Source of the DNA: Antedon mediterranea
Lineage: Eukaryota > Animalia > Echinodermata
DNA: 64,000 nucleotides
Direction of reading: 5' to 3'
Assembly (NCBI RefSeq): GCF_964355755.1
Contig: NC_092671.1
Span: 15,128,001 to 15,192,000 of the forward strand
Positions 24,901 to 39,900 of this stretch are shown piece after piece. The stretch's first letter is position 1. Each line of letters starts with the position of its first letter. The position numbers and the translations under genes are program-made. Below the pieces are notes generated by a model. It worked only from the letters and a program-made list of their open reading frames with translations, was not told where the DNA came from and ran no database searches.

Positions 24901-27900
24901 TGCTGTCAAAGCGTAACTCCAAACAACCGAGTCGAATTCAATTGTTAGAATATTCATTTATAAAGAAGTTGAAAAGTGTAACAATGTAAGTAGATTTAAA
25001 AGCTTATATTGAACAAATAAATTCGTTTAAATCCTGATTTTCATTTGTTCAATTGTCCATCATACTCAAGGTAATACTAGACTAATAATTATCTTTAAAT
25101 TTTATTTGTTGATCCAATGTATCAATATTTAATTTCTAAATATATTAAAATTTAATATATTAAACATTAAAACATATATGGTTTATATACTATGTTACAA
25201 TAATACTATTCATATTTCTAATGTACTCACAAGTTAGTCGATACAAAAAATGTTGAATTATTTAAATGTTATTGTTTTTTTTACCAGATACCAATCCCTG
25301 CCAGTTTGTGAATTGTCGTAATAATGGAACTTGCCTGGCTTCATCAATTAGTCACTCAGCTGTGTGTAACTGTTTAAGCTGTTACTCTGGGACTCTATGT
25401 GAACAATGTGAGTTCATTCAGAAAGCTGCCATTAGTATTAGTATACATTCGATCCACTTGCACCAGCAATGAACAATAAGTTCTGTTTTTCTACATATTA
25501 TACTGAATTACGTCATTCTATAAATTATTCATTGATAATCGTTGACATTATGCATGCTTGTCTTACTGTATAATCATTTAAAAAACTGGATTCGAATCAT
25601 GTATCTGCTGGACAATCAGTATTATCTTGCTGTGATCAAAGCATGCCCACTTTAATCGTTATTAAATCGGATCCGATTGAGCACAATTTATAAAGCATTA
25701 TGTATTTCGGCCTATAAAATATAATACCTTTTTTTCAGACAACAATCCTTGTGCTGTGCTACCTTGTGAAAATGGAGGCGTGTGTTCCGCACAGGCCTGT
25801 GGCTATTCTTGCTCATGTCCAGCTTGTTATTCTGGAAACAGATGTCAAACATGTAAGTTACTATTTTATGTTACTACTTCACTATTATTATATATACTTC
25901 ATGAAAGTACTCAGTACCTTGTATTACAATCTCGAACTTACTCAAACCTAAAGCAAGTGATCTGGAGAACACATGCCACACGTTGTTAAGTTTAGTCAAA
26001 TCTAGTATTTAAAAAATAATAATAATAAATTATCTTTGTATTAATTATAATATTTTCTTTCTTTAGATAACAATCCGTGTATTGGCGCTAACTGCAATAG
26101 TGGTCAGTGTGTTATTGTATCAACTTTTAGTGAATGTAGCTATGAATGCGATTGTCCTCCAAATTTTTCTGGAACTGATTGCGAAATATGTAATTACACA
26201 TTTATTACAAATTTATGATTAGTAAATGTTGCAAATAATCCTTTTACTTAGGACCACTTCAGACTTATTTACCCGGGTAAGAGGAGGACCAACCCGCCAA
26301 AGTTAGCGATAAATGTAGGCATAGGCCTACCCATGAAAACAACTTGCCCAGGTAAATAAAACTTGAACGGACACATAGTCACAACCTCATGACTAAGTAT
26401 CTATAGCATGGGTAAAGTAAGTATCTATAGTATTATTCTTTTGAAATTAAATCCAGTACAAATTACATTATAGTTGTTGATCCATGCGAGGATATATTAT
26501 GTCAAAATGAAGGTACTTGTTGTGTAGATGATACAAATGCAGCATCGTGCAAGTGCTTGTCCTGTTATGAAGGGGCATTCTGTGAAATATGTAAGTATTT
26601 TTAATATTTGTAATTTTAAGCATTTTAATTTGTTCTTCCTAATGTAACCAACATTTTTTAATGGATTACCTATATAATTAAGGTGTATACATTTCTGTAC
26701 GTCGACATTTATGGATATATTTTGTTTTATATTTCTCTTCAATTCGCCTATTGTCGTTAACATAACCCTTTCTCTATAAGAATAGTCTTACAGTATAGAG
26801 CTTGGCCGTGTGTTAACTTGTTGACACTTTTCCTTCTTCAGATAACAACCCATGTAACTTGAATCCGTGTGGTGAAAACGGTATTTGTATTGCACAAGGA
26901 TGTGCCTTCCAGTGTATTTGTGATCCATGTTACGCTGGGGCCCTGTGTACAGATCGTAAGTTGTTTTTTGGATATTGATGCTGCACAAAGTAACATGTAT
27001 ATTACAATATATTCCATACCAGATAGTAAGTAATAGAAATACACATTTTTCTACCTTATGATACATAAGATATGATTTTTTTTTCACAGTGACAAATCCA
27101 TGTAGCAGTGTTAATTGCGACCCAGGGGTATGTGAAATTGTCGCAACGCCGACAGAATGTAACAGTCAATGTAACTGTCCAGAATGTTATTCCGGAGACT
27201 TTTGTCAAACATGTAAGAAAACAATTAAATACTTGAATAAAAACTCTATTAGTATGTCATAATCATTTGCTTACCCCACCGCTGAACTCACCCTTGACAA
27301 AATGCTGACTACCGTCCTAGTCTAATACAGTAAAACAAAACTCTTGCTTACCTATATTTCCAATAGATCTAATATTATACAGTATAATCAAGAAGCATAT
27401 TTCAATATAATATTTTTGTTACTTTATACAGTTACAAATCCCTGTGATGACATTACTTGTGAAAATGGCGGTGTTTGTGAAATTTCAGTGGGCACAGAAG
27501 ATGCTTCTTGCACAGGTATATGTCAGTGTCAAGGGTCATGCTACACCGGTGACAACTGTCAAATTTGTAAGTGAAAAACTGAACACATTGACATGATTTC
27601 TAGGGAGGAAAGTGTCATCATCATCATCACATAAACCTTTATTAAATTCAAGTTGGTATAATTTTTTCACGCACAAGAAAACATACATAGAGGATTCATA
27701 TTTATTTATTTTTATTTATTCCACATTTATTTAGTCATCAATTACAGTACATCATAATTACAGTACAACTGAAAACAGGGATCCTGCATAAAAAAGCTGT
27801 AGCTTCGTTTTTTTGTAGGACCCTTTTACATAAGAACAAGTATATAGAACTTAAATAAAACAAAGGTGTTGCTAATTAGCATATAGTGATAAAAAGTATT

Positions 27901-30900
27901 TTTTGACCTGTTTTTTTATACATTTATTTTGTTTCTTTAAAATAACCGGTTTATTACCACCATTACAAGTGAATTCTTTCCACAATTTTGGTCCATGTGT
28001 ATAAACTGTTGACTGCAAGTTAGTCTTGTGAAGGGAATTTTGAATTCAGTTTCTGTTCTGAGGTTATGAGTAGGCCTAAATACTGTCACAGTAATTAAAA
28101 ATATTTAAAATGTGATGTGGTAATTCATTGAATTTTACGTTTGCCATAAATCCTATGACGTTTACTTTGTAAATATCATAAACGTTTGTTTTAACTCAGT
28201 CAAAAACCTTGCGAACGATTTTAAATTTCCTGTAACATTAAATAGATACTGTCACAATATATTCAACTTTATTAAGTATTCAATTCAATATATATTTATT
28301 AGTAAAGTATCAGTTATTTAATATGTATTCTATATTTATAATAATACTTTTGTAAACAGACTCTAATCCATGCGACGATTCTCCGTGTCTCAATAATGGT
28401 GTTTGTGTACCAAATGGTTGCAGTTACCAGTGTCAATGTACAGCATGCTACAGTGGAAACTTTTGTGAAACATGTAAGTCCATAAAACAGCTAGGTCTAC
28501 AGTGAATTCAAATTGTATGATCATTATGTTTCATTAATCGGTTTCATTAATCAGTATCAAGCATGGACAATGCAGGTTGCTCATCCTCTTTGAGTGTTGA
28601 AATGTGACTTGTTGCAGTTTTACTGCTATATAGTTTGGTGACTTTTTGCGGTCATTTCAATTCAATCATATCTATTCTGTCATTAAAAGTGTACTTGTAG
28701 CAAGCACATTCCATGTTTTTAGCATAGACACTTCGTCATTGTAGACTAGGCTTAAGACTCTAAAATTGCATTCCTACAGCTAACGATCCATGCAACGCAT
28801 TCGAATGTTTGAATGGAGGTGTTTGTCAAGTTGTGGAAAATGGAGGTTCCTGTTCTGCCAGATGTTTATGTCTATCCTGCTATGAAGGCTTTCTCTGTCA
28901 AAATTGTAAGATTTGTCAATTAGCTCTTTAATATATGATGTATATAAAGTACTATGTCGTCATTGCAGCTGGCCTAATTAAAACTCATGTAAATCTGGTA
29001 ATTTAAGTACCACTTTTAAATACGAATGTAGCCGTCATTGTCTTAATCTAAATAAATGTTTATACGGTTTTTCGTATCAGATAATGATCCTTGTGATGCT
29101 GATCCCTGTGGTAATTTTGGAACTTGTACGTCGACTGGTTGCTCGTTTACATGTACCTGTGATCCATGTTACTATGGAACCCTCTGCAATGCAGGTAAAG
29201 CAGCTTTTACACTACAGAATAATTAGAAAGAAGTGGTTTAGTTAAGAACTGTATTTCCCAAGTAAATTGTTTCCTCAAACTATGAAATGGAAACCCTCAT
29301 CAAGCTCTCTGACTTGAAATTATTATCTATAAAAGTAATCGTATATGATATATGTGCTACCTTTAGGATATATGGAGAAACAAATACATACATACTCCAT
29401 ACCCTTGGTTAATATTTATTTGTTATTGCTAATTTATTCAATTTGTAAAGGATCCTTCGTTGCCTTTTAATTTTAGACAAAAGTTCCACTTATTCTTCTC
29501 CTGTATGTTACAACCTATGTTGAACCAGGGAAGATTGAAGGTTGAACATACAAATACAGATATATAATAAAGATAATTACAAACACAAAAACCAAACATG
29601 TTTCCCCTCTCTGACTACATTGTTTCATAATTGTAGCTTTTAACCCATGTGATGCGCATGACTGCCAAGGCAACGGTCAATGTGAAACGATTACAGATGG
29701 AGGAACCTGCCTTGCAAAGTGTCGATGTGAAAGCTGTTATCAGGGAGATAGCTGCGAAACATGTAAGTGTACAAATATGTATTCAAGTAATGAAATCTTT
29801 GCGGAATGGTCGGTGTTACAAACGGAATAGTACTAATGTATTTTGTATCATATACAGATATTGATCCTTGTATCGGAGATCCGTGCAGCACAACTGGAAC
29901 TTGCATGTCTGACAGATGTGTGCTCTGGTGCCATTGTGACCTCTGTTATACAGGAACCACGTGTGAAACATGTTCGTATAAGACTTGTTTACAGTTTTTT
30001 GCACCTGACTATAATCATACCTACTATACAAATGTCGGTTATTCCATATTAAGTGATTCCATATTTCCAGCAACAACGTATAAAGGTTCAGTACTGCGGT
30101 TCCTTTATTATTGTATTATTCTAAATTAAGATTTTTAACGTGTTCATTAATTTCAATAATGTTTAGTTGAAAATCCATGCGTCGGTGTGTTGTGTCAATT
30201 TGGTGGTACTTGTCAAGTAACAACAGCAAATGGACAATGTGAATTCCAATGTCAATGTCCAACGTGCTATTCTGGAACATTCTGTGAAAACTGTAAGTAT
30301 TGATAATATTTGCAGCCAATGTTTTAGTATTAGTACAGTGCAGTACGAGTATGATATTTCTGTTACAATTTAAAATTACAATTTATGTTTCATTAGTTCA
30401 AAACCCATGCTCTGCAGTCCAATGTCAATTTGGTGGTATTTGCCAGACAACAACCAATAATCAATGTGGATTTCAATGTCAGTGTCCACCATGTTATTCT
30501 GGAACTTTCTGTCAAAATTGTAAGTATAGCAACCGGCAACAATAGAAATATAATATAATTTTACCCTTCTGAGTTTTATTACTGTTGAAAGTCTTGTAGA
30601 TTTTTATTTGTGAAAGCCAGTATGTATGAACCGATCCTATTCCGATAATATACATTTTGTTACTTTTTAGATCAAAACCAATGTGACGGTATTACGTGTC
30701 AATTCGGTGGGACTTGTCAAGTGACATCAACCAATGGACAATGTGGATTTCAATGTCAATGTCCAACGTGCTATTCTGGAGTATTGTGCCAAAATGGTAA
30801 TCATACAACAGCTATTCTTTTATACCACTTTTATAGTTAAATAAATATTTTGTTGGAGAACTAAGTTAAAGTTATAGTCTACTGTTTCTAATTATGTTTA

Positions 30901-33900
30901 GTTATCTTTAGTTCAAAATCCATGTTCTGGTGTCGTGTGTCAATTTGGTGGAACTTGTCAAGTAACGACAGCTAATGGACAATGTGGATTCCAATGTCAA
31001 TGTCCAACGTGCTATTTTGGAACATTCTGTGAAAATGGTAAAATTACTTTGGAAATAATATAGCATATTACACAAATTATCTTCCACAAGGCCGTCGTAA
31101 TACTTTGTCTTGTTTATTATTAGTTCAAAATCCATGTTCTGGTGTCTTGTGTCAATTTGATGGAAGTTGTCAAGTAACCACAACCAATGGACAATGTGAA
31201 TTCCAATGTCAATGTCCAACGTGCCATTCTGGAACATTCTGTGAAAATGGTAAAATTACTTTTATAATTATAATATAGTACATTTATGCTTTAATAAACA
31301 CAAATTATCTTCTACAGGGTCGTCGTAATATGTTGTTTCTTCTGTTTATCTTTAGTTCAAAATCCATGTTCTGGTGTCCTGTGTCAATTTGGTGGAACTT
31401 GTCAAGTAACGACAGCTAATGGACAATGTGGATTCCAATGTCAATGTCCAACCTGCTATTTTGGAACATTCTGTGAAAATGGTAAAATTACTTTGGAAAT
31501 AATATAGCATATTTATGGTTTCAGAAACACCAATATTCTCTTTCACAAGGTCGTCGTAATACTTTGTCTTGTTTATCTTTAGTTCAAAATCCATGTTCTG
31601 GTGCCCTGTGTCAATTTGGTGGAACTTGTCAAGTAACGGCAGCTAATGGACAATGTGGATTCCAATGTCAATGTCCAACGTGCTATTTTGGAACATTCTG
31701 TGAAAATGGTAAAATTACTTTGGAAATAATATAGCATATTTATTGTTTCAGAAACACCAATATTCTCTTTCACAAGGTCGTCGTAATACTTTGTCTTGTG
31801 TATTATTAGTTCAAAATACATGTTCTGTGGTCTTGTGTCAATTTGGTGGAACTTGTCAAGTAACGACAACCAATGGACAATGTGAATTCCAATGTCAATG
31901 TCCAACGTGCCATTCTGGAGTATTATGTGAAAATGGTAATAAAACAACAGCTTTATTGTTTTATTCCATAACGAGTTTCTGCTGGAAGGAGAAGTCATTT
32001 GAATTCGATTAAAGTTTTGTTTTTTATATCCCTACACTTCATACTACTATATTGTGTTTATCTTTAGTTCAAAATCCATGTTCTGGTGTCGAGTGCCAAT
32101 TTGGTGGAACTTGTCAAGTAACGACAACCAATGGACAATGTGAATTCCAATGTCAATGTCCAACGTGCCATTCTGGAGTATTATGTCAAAATAGTAATAA
32201 AACAACAGCTTTATTGTTTTATTCCATAACGAGTTTCTGCTAGAAGGAGAAGTCATTTGAATTCGATTAAAGTTTTGTTTTTTATATCCCTACACTTCAT
32301 ACTACTATATTGTGTTTATCTTTAGTTCAAAATCCATGTTCTGGTGTCGAGTGCCAATTTGGTGGAACTTGTCAAGTAACAACAACCAATGGACAATGTG
32401 GATTCCAATGTCAATGTCCAACGTGCCATTCTGGAACATTCTGTGAAAATGGTAAAATTACTTTCATAATTATAATATAGTACATTTATGCTTTAATAAA
32501 CACGAATTATCTTCTACAGGGTCGTCGTAAAACTTTGTTTCTTGTGTTTATCTTTAGTTCAAAATCCATGTTCTGGTGTCGTGTGTCAATTTGGTGGAAT
32601 TTGTCAAGTAACGACAGCTGATGGACAATGTGGATTCCAATGTCAATGTCCAACGTGCCATTCTGGAACATTCTGTGAAAATGGTAAAATTACTTTCATA
32701 ATTATAATATAGTACATTTATGCTTTAATAAACACAAATTATCTTCTACAAGGTCGTCGTAATACTTTGTCTTGTTTATTATTAGTTCAAAATCCATGTT
32801 CTGGTGTCCTGTGTCAATTTGGTGGAACTTGTCAAGTAACGGCAGCTAATGGACAATGTGCATTCCAATGTCAATGTCCAACGTGCCATTCTGGAACATT
32901 CTGTGAAAATGGTAAAATTACTTTCATAATTATAATATAGTACATTTATGCTTTAATAAACACAAATTATCTTCTACAAGGTCGTCGTAATACTTTGTCT
33001 TGTTTATTATTAGTTCAAAATCCATGTTCTGGTGTCCTGTGTCAATTTGGTGGAACTTGTCAAGTAACGACAGCTAATGGACAATGTGAATTCCAATGTC
33101 AATGTCCAACGTGCCATTCTGGAAGATTCTGTCAAAATGGTAATATTATAATACAACAGCTTTATTGTTTTATACCATAACGAGTTTCTTACAAGAAGGA
33201 GAAGTCATTTGAATTCGATTAAAGTTTCATTTTTTATATCCCTACACTTCATACTACTATGTTGTGTTTATCTTTAGTTCAAAATCCATGTTCTGGTGTC
33301 GAGTGCCAATTTGGTGGAACTTGTCAAGTAACGACAACCAATGGACAATGTGAATTCCAATGTCAATGTCCAACGTGCCATTCTGGAGTATTATGTCAAA
33401 ATGGTAATAAAACAACAGCTTTATTGTTTTATTCCATAACGAGTTTCTGCTAGAAGGAGAAGTCATTTGAATTCGATTAAAGTTTTGTTTTTTATATCCC
33501 TACACTTCATACTACTATATTGTGTTTATCTTTAGTTCAAAATTCATGTTCTGGTGTCGAGTGCCAATTTGGTGGAACTTGTCAAGTAACAACAATCAAT
33601 GGACAATGTGGATTCCAATGTCAATGTCCAACGTGCCATTCTGGAACATTCTGTGAAAATGGTAAAATTACTTTCATAATTATAATATAGTACATTTATG
33701 CTTTAATAAACACGAATTATCTTCTACAGGGTCGTCGTAAAACTTTGTTTCTTGTGTTTATCTTTAGTTCAAAATCCATGTTCTGGTGTCGTGTGTCAAT
33801 TTGGTGGAATTTGTCAAGTAACGACAGCTGATGGACAATGTGGATTCCAATGTCAATGTCCAACGTGCCATTCTGGAACTTTCTGTGAAAATGGTAAAAT

Positions 33901-36900
33901 TACTTTCATAATTATAATATAGTACATTTATGCTTTAATAAACACAAATTATCTTCTACAAGGTCGTTGTAATACTTTGTCTTGTTTATTATTAGTTCAA
34001 AATCCATGTTCTGGTGTCCTGTGTCAATTTGGTGGAACTTGTCAAGTAACGGCAGCTAATGGACAATGTGGATTCCAATGTCAATGTCCAACGTGCCATT
34101 CTGGAACATTCTGTGAAAATGGTAAAATTACTTTCATAATTATAATATAGTACATGTATGCTTTAATAAACACAAATTATCTTCTACAAGGTCGTCGTAA
34201 TACGTTGTCTTGTTTATTATTAGTTCAAAATCCATGTTCTGGTGTCCTGTGTCAATTTGGTGGAACTTGTCAAGTAACGACAGCTAATGGACAATGTGAA
34301 TTCCAATGTCAATGTCCAACGTGCCATTCTGGAAGATTCTGTCAAAATGGTAATATTATAATACAACAGATTATTGTTTTATACCATAACGAGTTTCTTA
34401 CAAGAAGGAGAAGTCATTTGAATTCGATTAAAGTTTCATTTTTTATATCCCTACACTTCATACTACTATGTTGTGTTTATCTTTAGTTCAAAATCCATGT
34501 TCTGGTGTCGAGTGCCAATTTGGTGGAACTTGTCAAGTAACTACAGCTAACGGACAATGTGGATTCCAATGTCAATGTCCAACGTGCCATTCTGGAACAT
34601 TCTGTGAAAACGGTTAGACATCTTAACATGAATTGCCAATAAAATTATTTTCAGTAACTGTACTAGTCGATCATACTATTTAGATATTACTTCGCTAAAT
34701 TGTTTTACTGGTAACACACTGTAGATGCGCAATTCAAATAGTTCAACATGGATAGTTGTTTGGTCCATAATATATTGAAACATTTTATTCTCATTCTATA
34801 GGTTAAAATAATTGTACAGTTATTCAAATCATTATACCAATAATAGCACGTTTCTTTTTTTTTAGTCCAAACTCCATGCTCTGTTATTCAATGCCAATTT
34901 GGTGGCATTTGCCAGGTAACGACGACCAATAATCAATGTGGATATCGATGCCAATGCCCACCATGTTATTCTGGAACATTCTGTCAAAACTGTAAGTAAA
35001 ACTCACTATAATTCGATTCTTACTTTTGAGTTTCTCTATTTTCAATTTTAAACGAACAAGATGCTTCTTTACCATCAAACGTGTTTGTGTTTACTAGATC
35101 AAAATCAATGTGACGGCGTTACATGTCAGTTTGGTGGTACTTGTCAAGTAACAACAACCAATGGACAATGTGGATTCCAATGTCAATGTCCAACATGCTA
35201 TTCTGGAATCTTATGTCAAAATGGCAAGTTTCATTATTATGTATTATACTTAATCGAGATTTGTATTAATATCATTTGGATTTTCTTTTCATTGAAGAAA
35301 GTTGGAAACAATTAGTCGTAAAAAAGAAATATAACGATAGTAAGCAAATAGATCTATGCAAACCGTTTCTTATTTTTTATCAACAGTTCAAAATCCTTGT
35401 TCTGGTGTTGTGTGCCAATCAGGTGGAACTTGTCAAGTAGTAACAACCAATGGACAATGTGACTTCCAATGTCAATGTCCAACGTGCTATTCTGGAAGAT
35501 TCTGTGAAAGTGGTGAGATAATTCTTAATTTGTTTTTCTAAATAATCTGCAGATAGTAACACGACTTTTAAAATTTATAATTTAAGTTATTAAAGATTCA
35601 TGAACAATTTAATATTACTAGATGGTACGCTCGCTTCGCTCGCGTACCATCTAGGTCGTACCCACAGATGGTTCTCGAATACACAGTAATTTCAGCGTAA
35701 CAAAACTGGCGATTTCAAATGTACGTACCGCAGGACTATAATACATTGTCGTTTACAGAAACGAATAAATAGACACGATGATTTATGTAGTCAACTAAAA
35801 TTAGCACCCTGGGAATTACTTCCGAAGGAGAAACTTATCACAAAATGAGTCCAAATGTTTGATTTGGACTTATTTAAAGAAACCCAATTTGTGTTTTGTA
35901 TGTAACATTAGGGTTGAGGGATGGGAAAGCGGATAGGTACAAAGAAGAACAATTTTTAAATATATTCTTTATCCACTCAGTAACGAAATATTTCTTTCAT
36001 GTTTTATAGACCTATAAATAATATAGGCCTACATCTAAATACAGTAAAACATTTGCGATTTAATACTTTGTTAAAACTGTCACTGTCATAATCGATTGAA
36101 ATATTAAAGTACATGATATACACCACTACGACGTTTATATTTTTGGTAATTATTAATTAATACAAACGTTGAGAAGGAACTGTCAGTATAAAGTTTATTT
36201 GTATATAATAATGTGTTTATATATCTAACAGTAGAGCCTATCCACAATCTCAGTAATAAAGTTTATTTGTATATATTTTTATATTACATTTAACAGTATG
36301 AACATTCACAGTTAGAAATGTTTGATTCAAATGTTGACCAACAATAGTTATTAATAGGTATTTACAGTATTGTCGAAGTATTGCAAGTTTATTCTCAAAG
36401 GGCCCATATATTTACCTACCGTATGTGTTAAACCAAGGGCTCATAAATTTACCTACTTGTGTTACACTCTGGCAGACTGAGAGATTGGGATGTTCCATTC
36501 ATCGCAAATCAATACATTTGTAGAATCGTATATTAAATCTATCAAAATAGTATTTTTTAAGAAAATCGGCCTGTCTTCAACATTATGATGCTGTACTCTA
36601 GCTGTTCAACGGGTTTTTAGCTATTAAAAACAATTATCGTAGGAGGAGATAGGAAAATGCAAAGCCTCCTCGCATTTTTGTGGCGGGTATTTTTCAAGAT
36701 AGACATCCATTAGACAGTGCATACCACGATCGGAAAACACCCCTCTTTGGGGCAAATCGTTGAACCTAAATTCGTTTTAATCGTCAATAACTAATTATCT
36801 AACTTAATTTAATTAGTAAATAGGGTTAAATCAGGTGGTTAAAATCAGTACCGAAAGTACGAACCAACTTTATATACCATCGAGTAAAAATTCTAAAAGT

Positions 36901-39900
36901 AAGGCGCGATTTACCTAATTTTGCCCTTACGTAAATTTATATATAGATAATTGGTATTTTGTTTAATAGTTCAAAACCCGTGTGCCAATGCCCCTTGCCA
37001 GTCAGGTGGAACTTGTCAAGTAGTAACAACCAATGGACAATGTGACTTCCAATGTCAATGTCCAACGTGCTATTCTGGAAGATTCTGTGAAAGTGGTGAG
37101 ATAATTCTTAATTTGTTTTTCTAAATAATCTGCAGATAGTAACACGACTTTTAACATTTATAATTTAAGTTATTAAAGATTCATGAACAATTTAATATTA
37201 TAATCGGTATTTTGTTTAATAGTTCAAAACCCATGTGCCAATGCCCCTTGCCAGTCAGGTGGAACTTGTCAAGTAGTAACAACCAATGGACAATGTGACT
37301 TCCAATGTCAATGTCCAACGTGCTATTCTGGAAGATTCTGTGAAAGTGGTGAGATAATTCTTAATTTGTTTTTCTAAATAATCTGCAGATAGTAACACGA
37401 CTTTTACAATTTATAATTTAAGTTATTTTAAATTCATTAAACATTTAATATTATAATTGGTATTTTGTTTAATAGTTCAAAACCCGTGTGCCAATGCCCC
37501 TTGTCAGTCAGGTGGTACTTGTCAAGTAGTAACAACTGATGGACAATGTGACTTCCAATGTCAATGTCCAACCTGCTATTCTGGAAGATTCTGTGAAAGT
37601 GGTGAGATAATTCTTAATTTGTTTTTCTAAATAATCTGCAGATAGTAACACGACTTTTACAATTTATAATTTAAGTTATTGTAAATTCATGAACAATTTA
37701 ATATTATAATTGGTATTTTGTTTAATAGTTCAAAACCCATGTGCCAATGCCCCTTGCCAGTCAGGTGGTACTTGTCAAGTAGTAACAACCAATGGACAAT
37801 GTGACTTCCAATGTCAATGTCCAACGTGCTATTCTGGAAGATTCTGTGAAAATGGTGAGATAATTCTTAATTTGTTTTTCTAAATAATCTGCAGATAGTA
37901 ACACGACTTCTACAATTTATAATTTAAGTTATTGTTAATTCATGAACAATTTAATATTATAATTGGTATTTTGTTTAATAGTTCAAAACCCATGTGCCAA
38001 TGCCCCTTGCCAGTCTGGTGGAACTTGTCAAGTAGTAACAACCAATGGACAATGTGACTTCCAATGTCAATGTCCAACGTGCTATTCTGGAAGATTCTGT
38101 GAAAGTGGTGAGATAATTCTTAATTTGTTTTTCTAAATAATCTGCAGATAGTAACACGACTTTTACAATTTATAATTTAAGTTATTGTAAATTCATGAAC
38201 AATTTAATATTATAATTGGTATTTTGTTTAATAGTTCAAAACCCATGTGCCAATGCCCCTTGCCAGTCAGGTGGAACTTGTCAAGTAGTAACAACTGGTG
38301 GACAATGTGACTTCGAATGTCAATGTCCAACGTGCTATTCTGGAAGATTCTGTGAAAGTGGTGAGATAATTCTTAATTTGTTTTTCTAAATAATCTGCAG
38401 ATAGTAACACGACTTTTAAAATGTATAATTTAAGTTATTGTTAATTCATGAACAGTTTAATATTATAATTGGTATTTTGTTTAATAGTTCAAAACCCCTG
38501 TGCCAATGCCCCTTGTCAGTCAGGTGGTACTTGTCAAGTAGTAACAACTGATGGACAATGTGACTTCCAATGTCAATGTCCAACCTGCTATTCTGGAAGA
38601 TTCTGTGAAAGTGGTGAGATAATTCTTAATTTGTTTTTCTAAATAATCTGCAGATAGTAACACGACTTTTACAATTTATAATTTAAGTTATTGTAAATTC
38701 ATGAACAATTTAATATTATAATTGGTATTTTGTTTAATAGTTCAAAACCCATGTGCCAATGCCCCTTGCCAGTCAGGTGGAACTTGTCAAGTAGTAACAA
38801 CTGGTGGACAATGTGACTTCGAATGTCAATGTCCAACGTGCTATTCTGGAAGATTCTGTGAAAGTGGTGAGATAATTCTTAATTTGTTTTTCTAAATAAT
38901 CTGCAGATAGTAACACGACTTTTAAAATGTATAATTTAAGTTATTGTTAATTCATGAACAATTTAATATTATAATTGGTATTTTGTTTAATAGTTCAAAA
39001 CCCCTGTGCCAATGCCCCTTGCCAGTCTGGTGGAACTTGTCAAGTAGTAACAACCAATGGACAATGTGACTTCCAATGTCAATGTCCAACGTGCTATTCT
39101 GGAAGATTCTGTGAAAGTGGTGAGATAATTCTTAATTTGTTTTTCTAAATAATCTGCAGATAGTAACACGACTTTTAAAATGTATAATTTAAGTTATTGT
39201 TAATTCATGAACAATTTAATATTATAATTGGTATTTTGTTTAATAGTTCAAAACCCCTGTGCCAATGCCCCTTGTCAGTCAGGTGGTACTTGTCAAGTAG
39301 TAACAACTGATGGACAATGTGACTTCCAATGTCAATGTCCAACGTGCTATTTTGGAAGATTCTGTGAAAGTGGTGAGATAATTCTTAATTTGTTTTTCTA
39401 AATAATCTGCATATAGTAACACGACTTTTACAATTTATAATTTAAGTTATTATAAATTCATTAAAAATCTAATATTATAATTGGTATTTTGTTTAATAGT
39501 TCAAAACCCATGTGCCAATGCACCTTGCCAGTCAGGTGGAACTTGTCAAGTAGTAACAACTGGTGGACAATGTGACTTCCAATGTCAATGTCCAACGTGC
39601 TATTCTGGAAGATTCTGTGAAAGTGGTGAGATAATTCTTAATTTGTTTTTCTAAATAATCTGCAGATAGTAACACGACTTTTACAATTTATAATTTAAGT
39701 TATTGTAAATTCATGAACAATTTATTATTATAATTGGTATTTTGTTTAATAGTTCAAAACCCGTGTGCCAATGCCCCTTGTCAGTCAGGTGGTACTTGTC
39801 AAATAGTAACAACTGATGGACAATGTGACTTCCAATGTCAATGTCCAACGTGCTATTCTGGGAGATTCTGTGAAAGTGGTGAGACTCTTTCATTTTAGTT

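Noticed and set aside
26250-26372. Small decayed MITE-like inverted repeats (also ~4197-4280 and ~28489-28753)
   Set aside because: The arms are too degenerate and the target duplications unclear, so they are not supportable as features.
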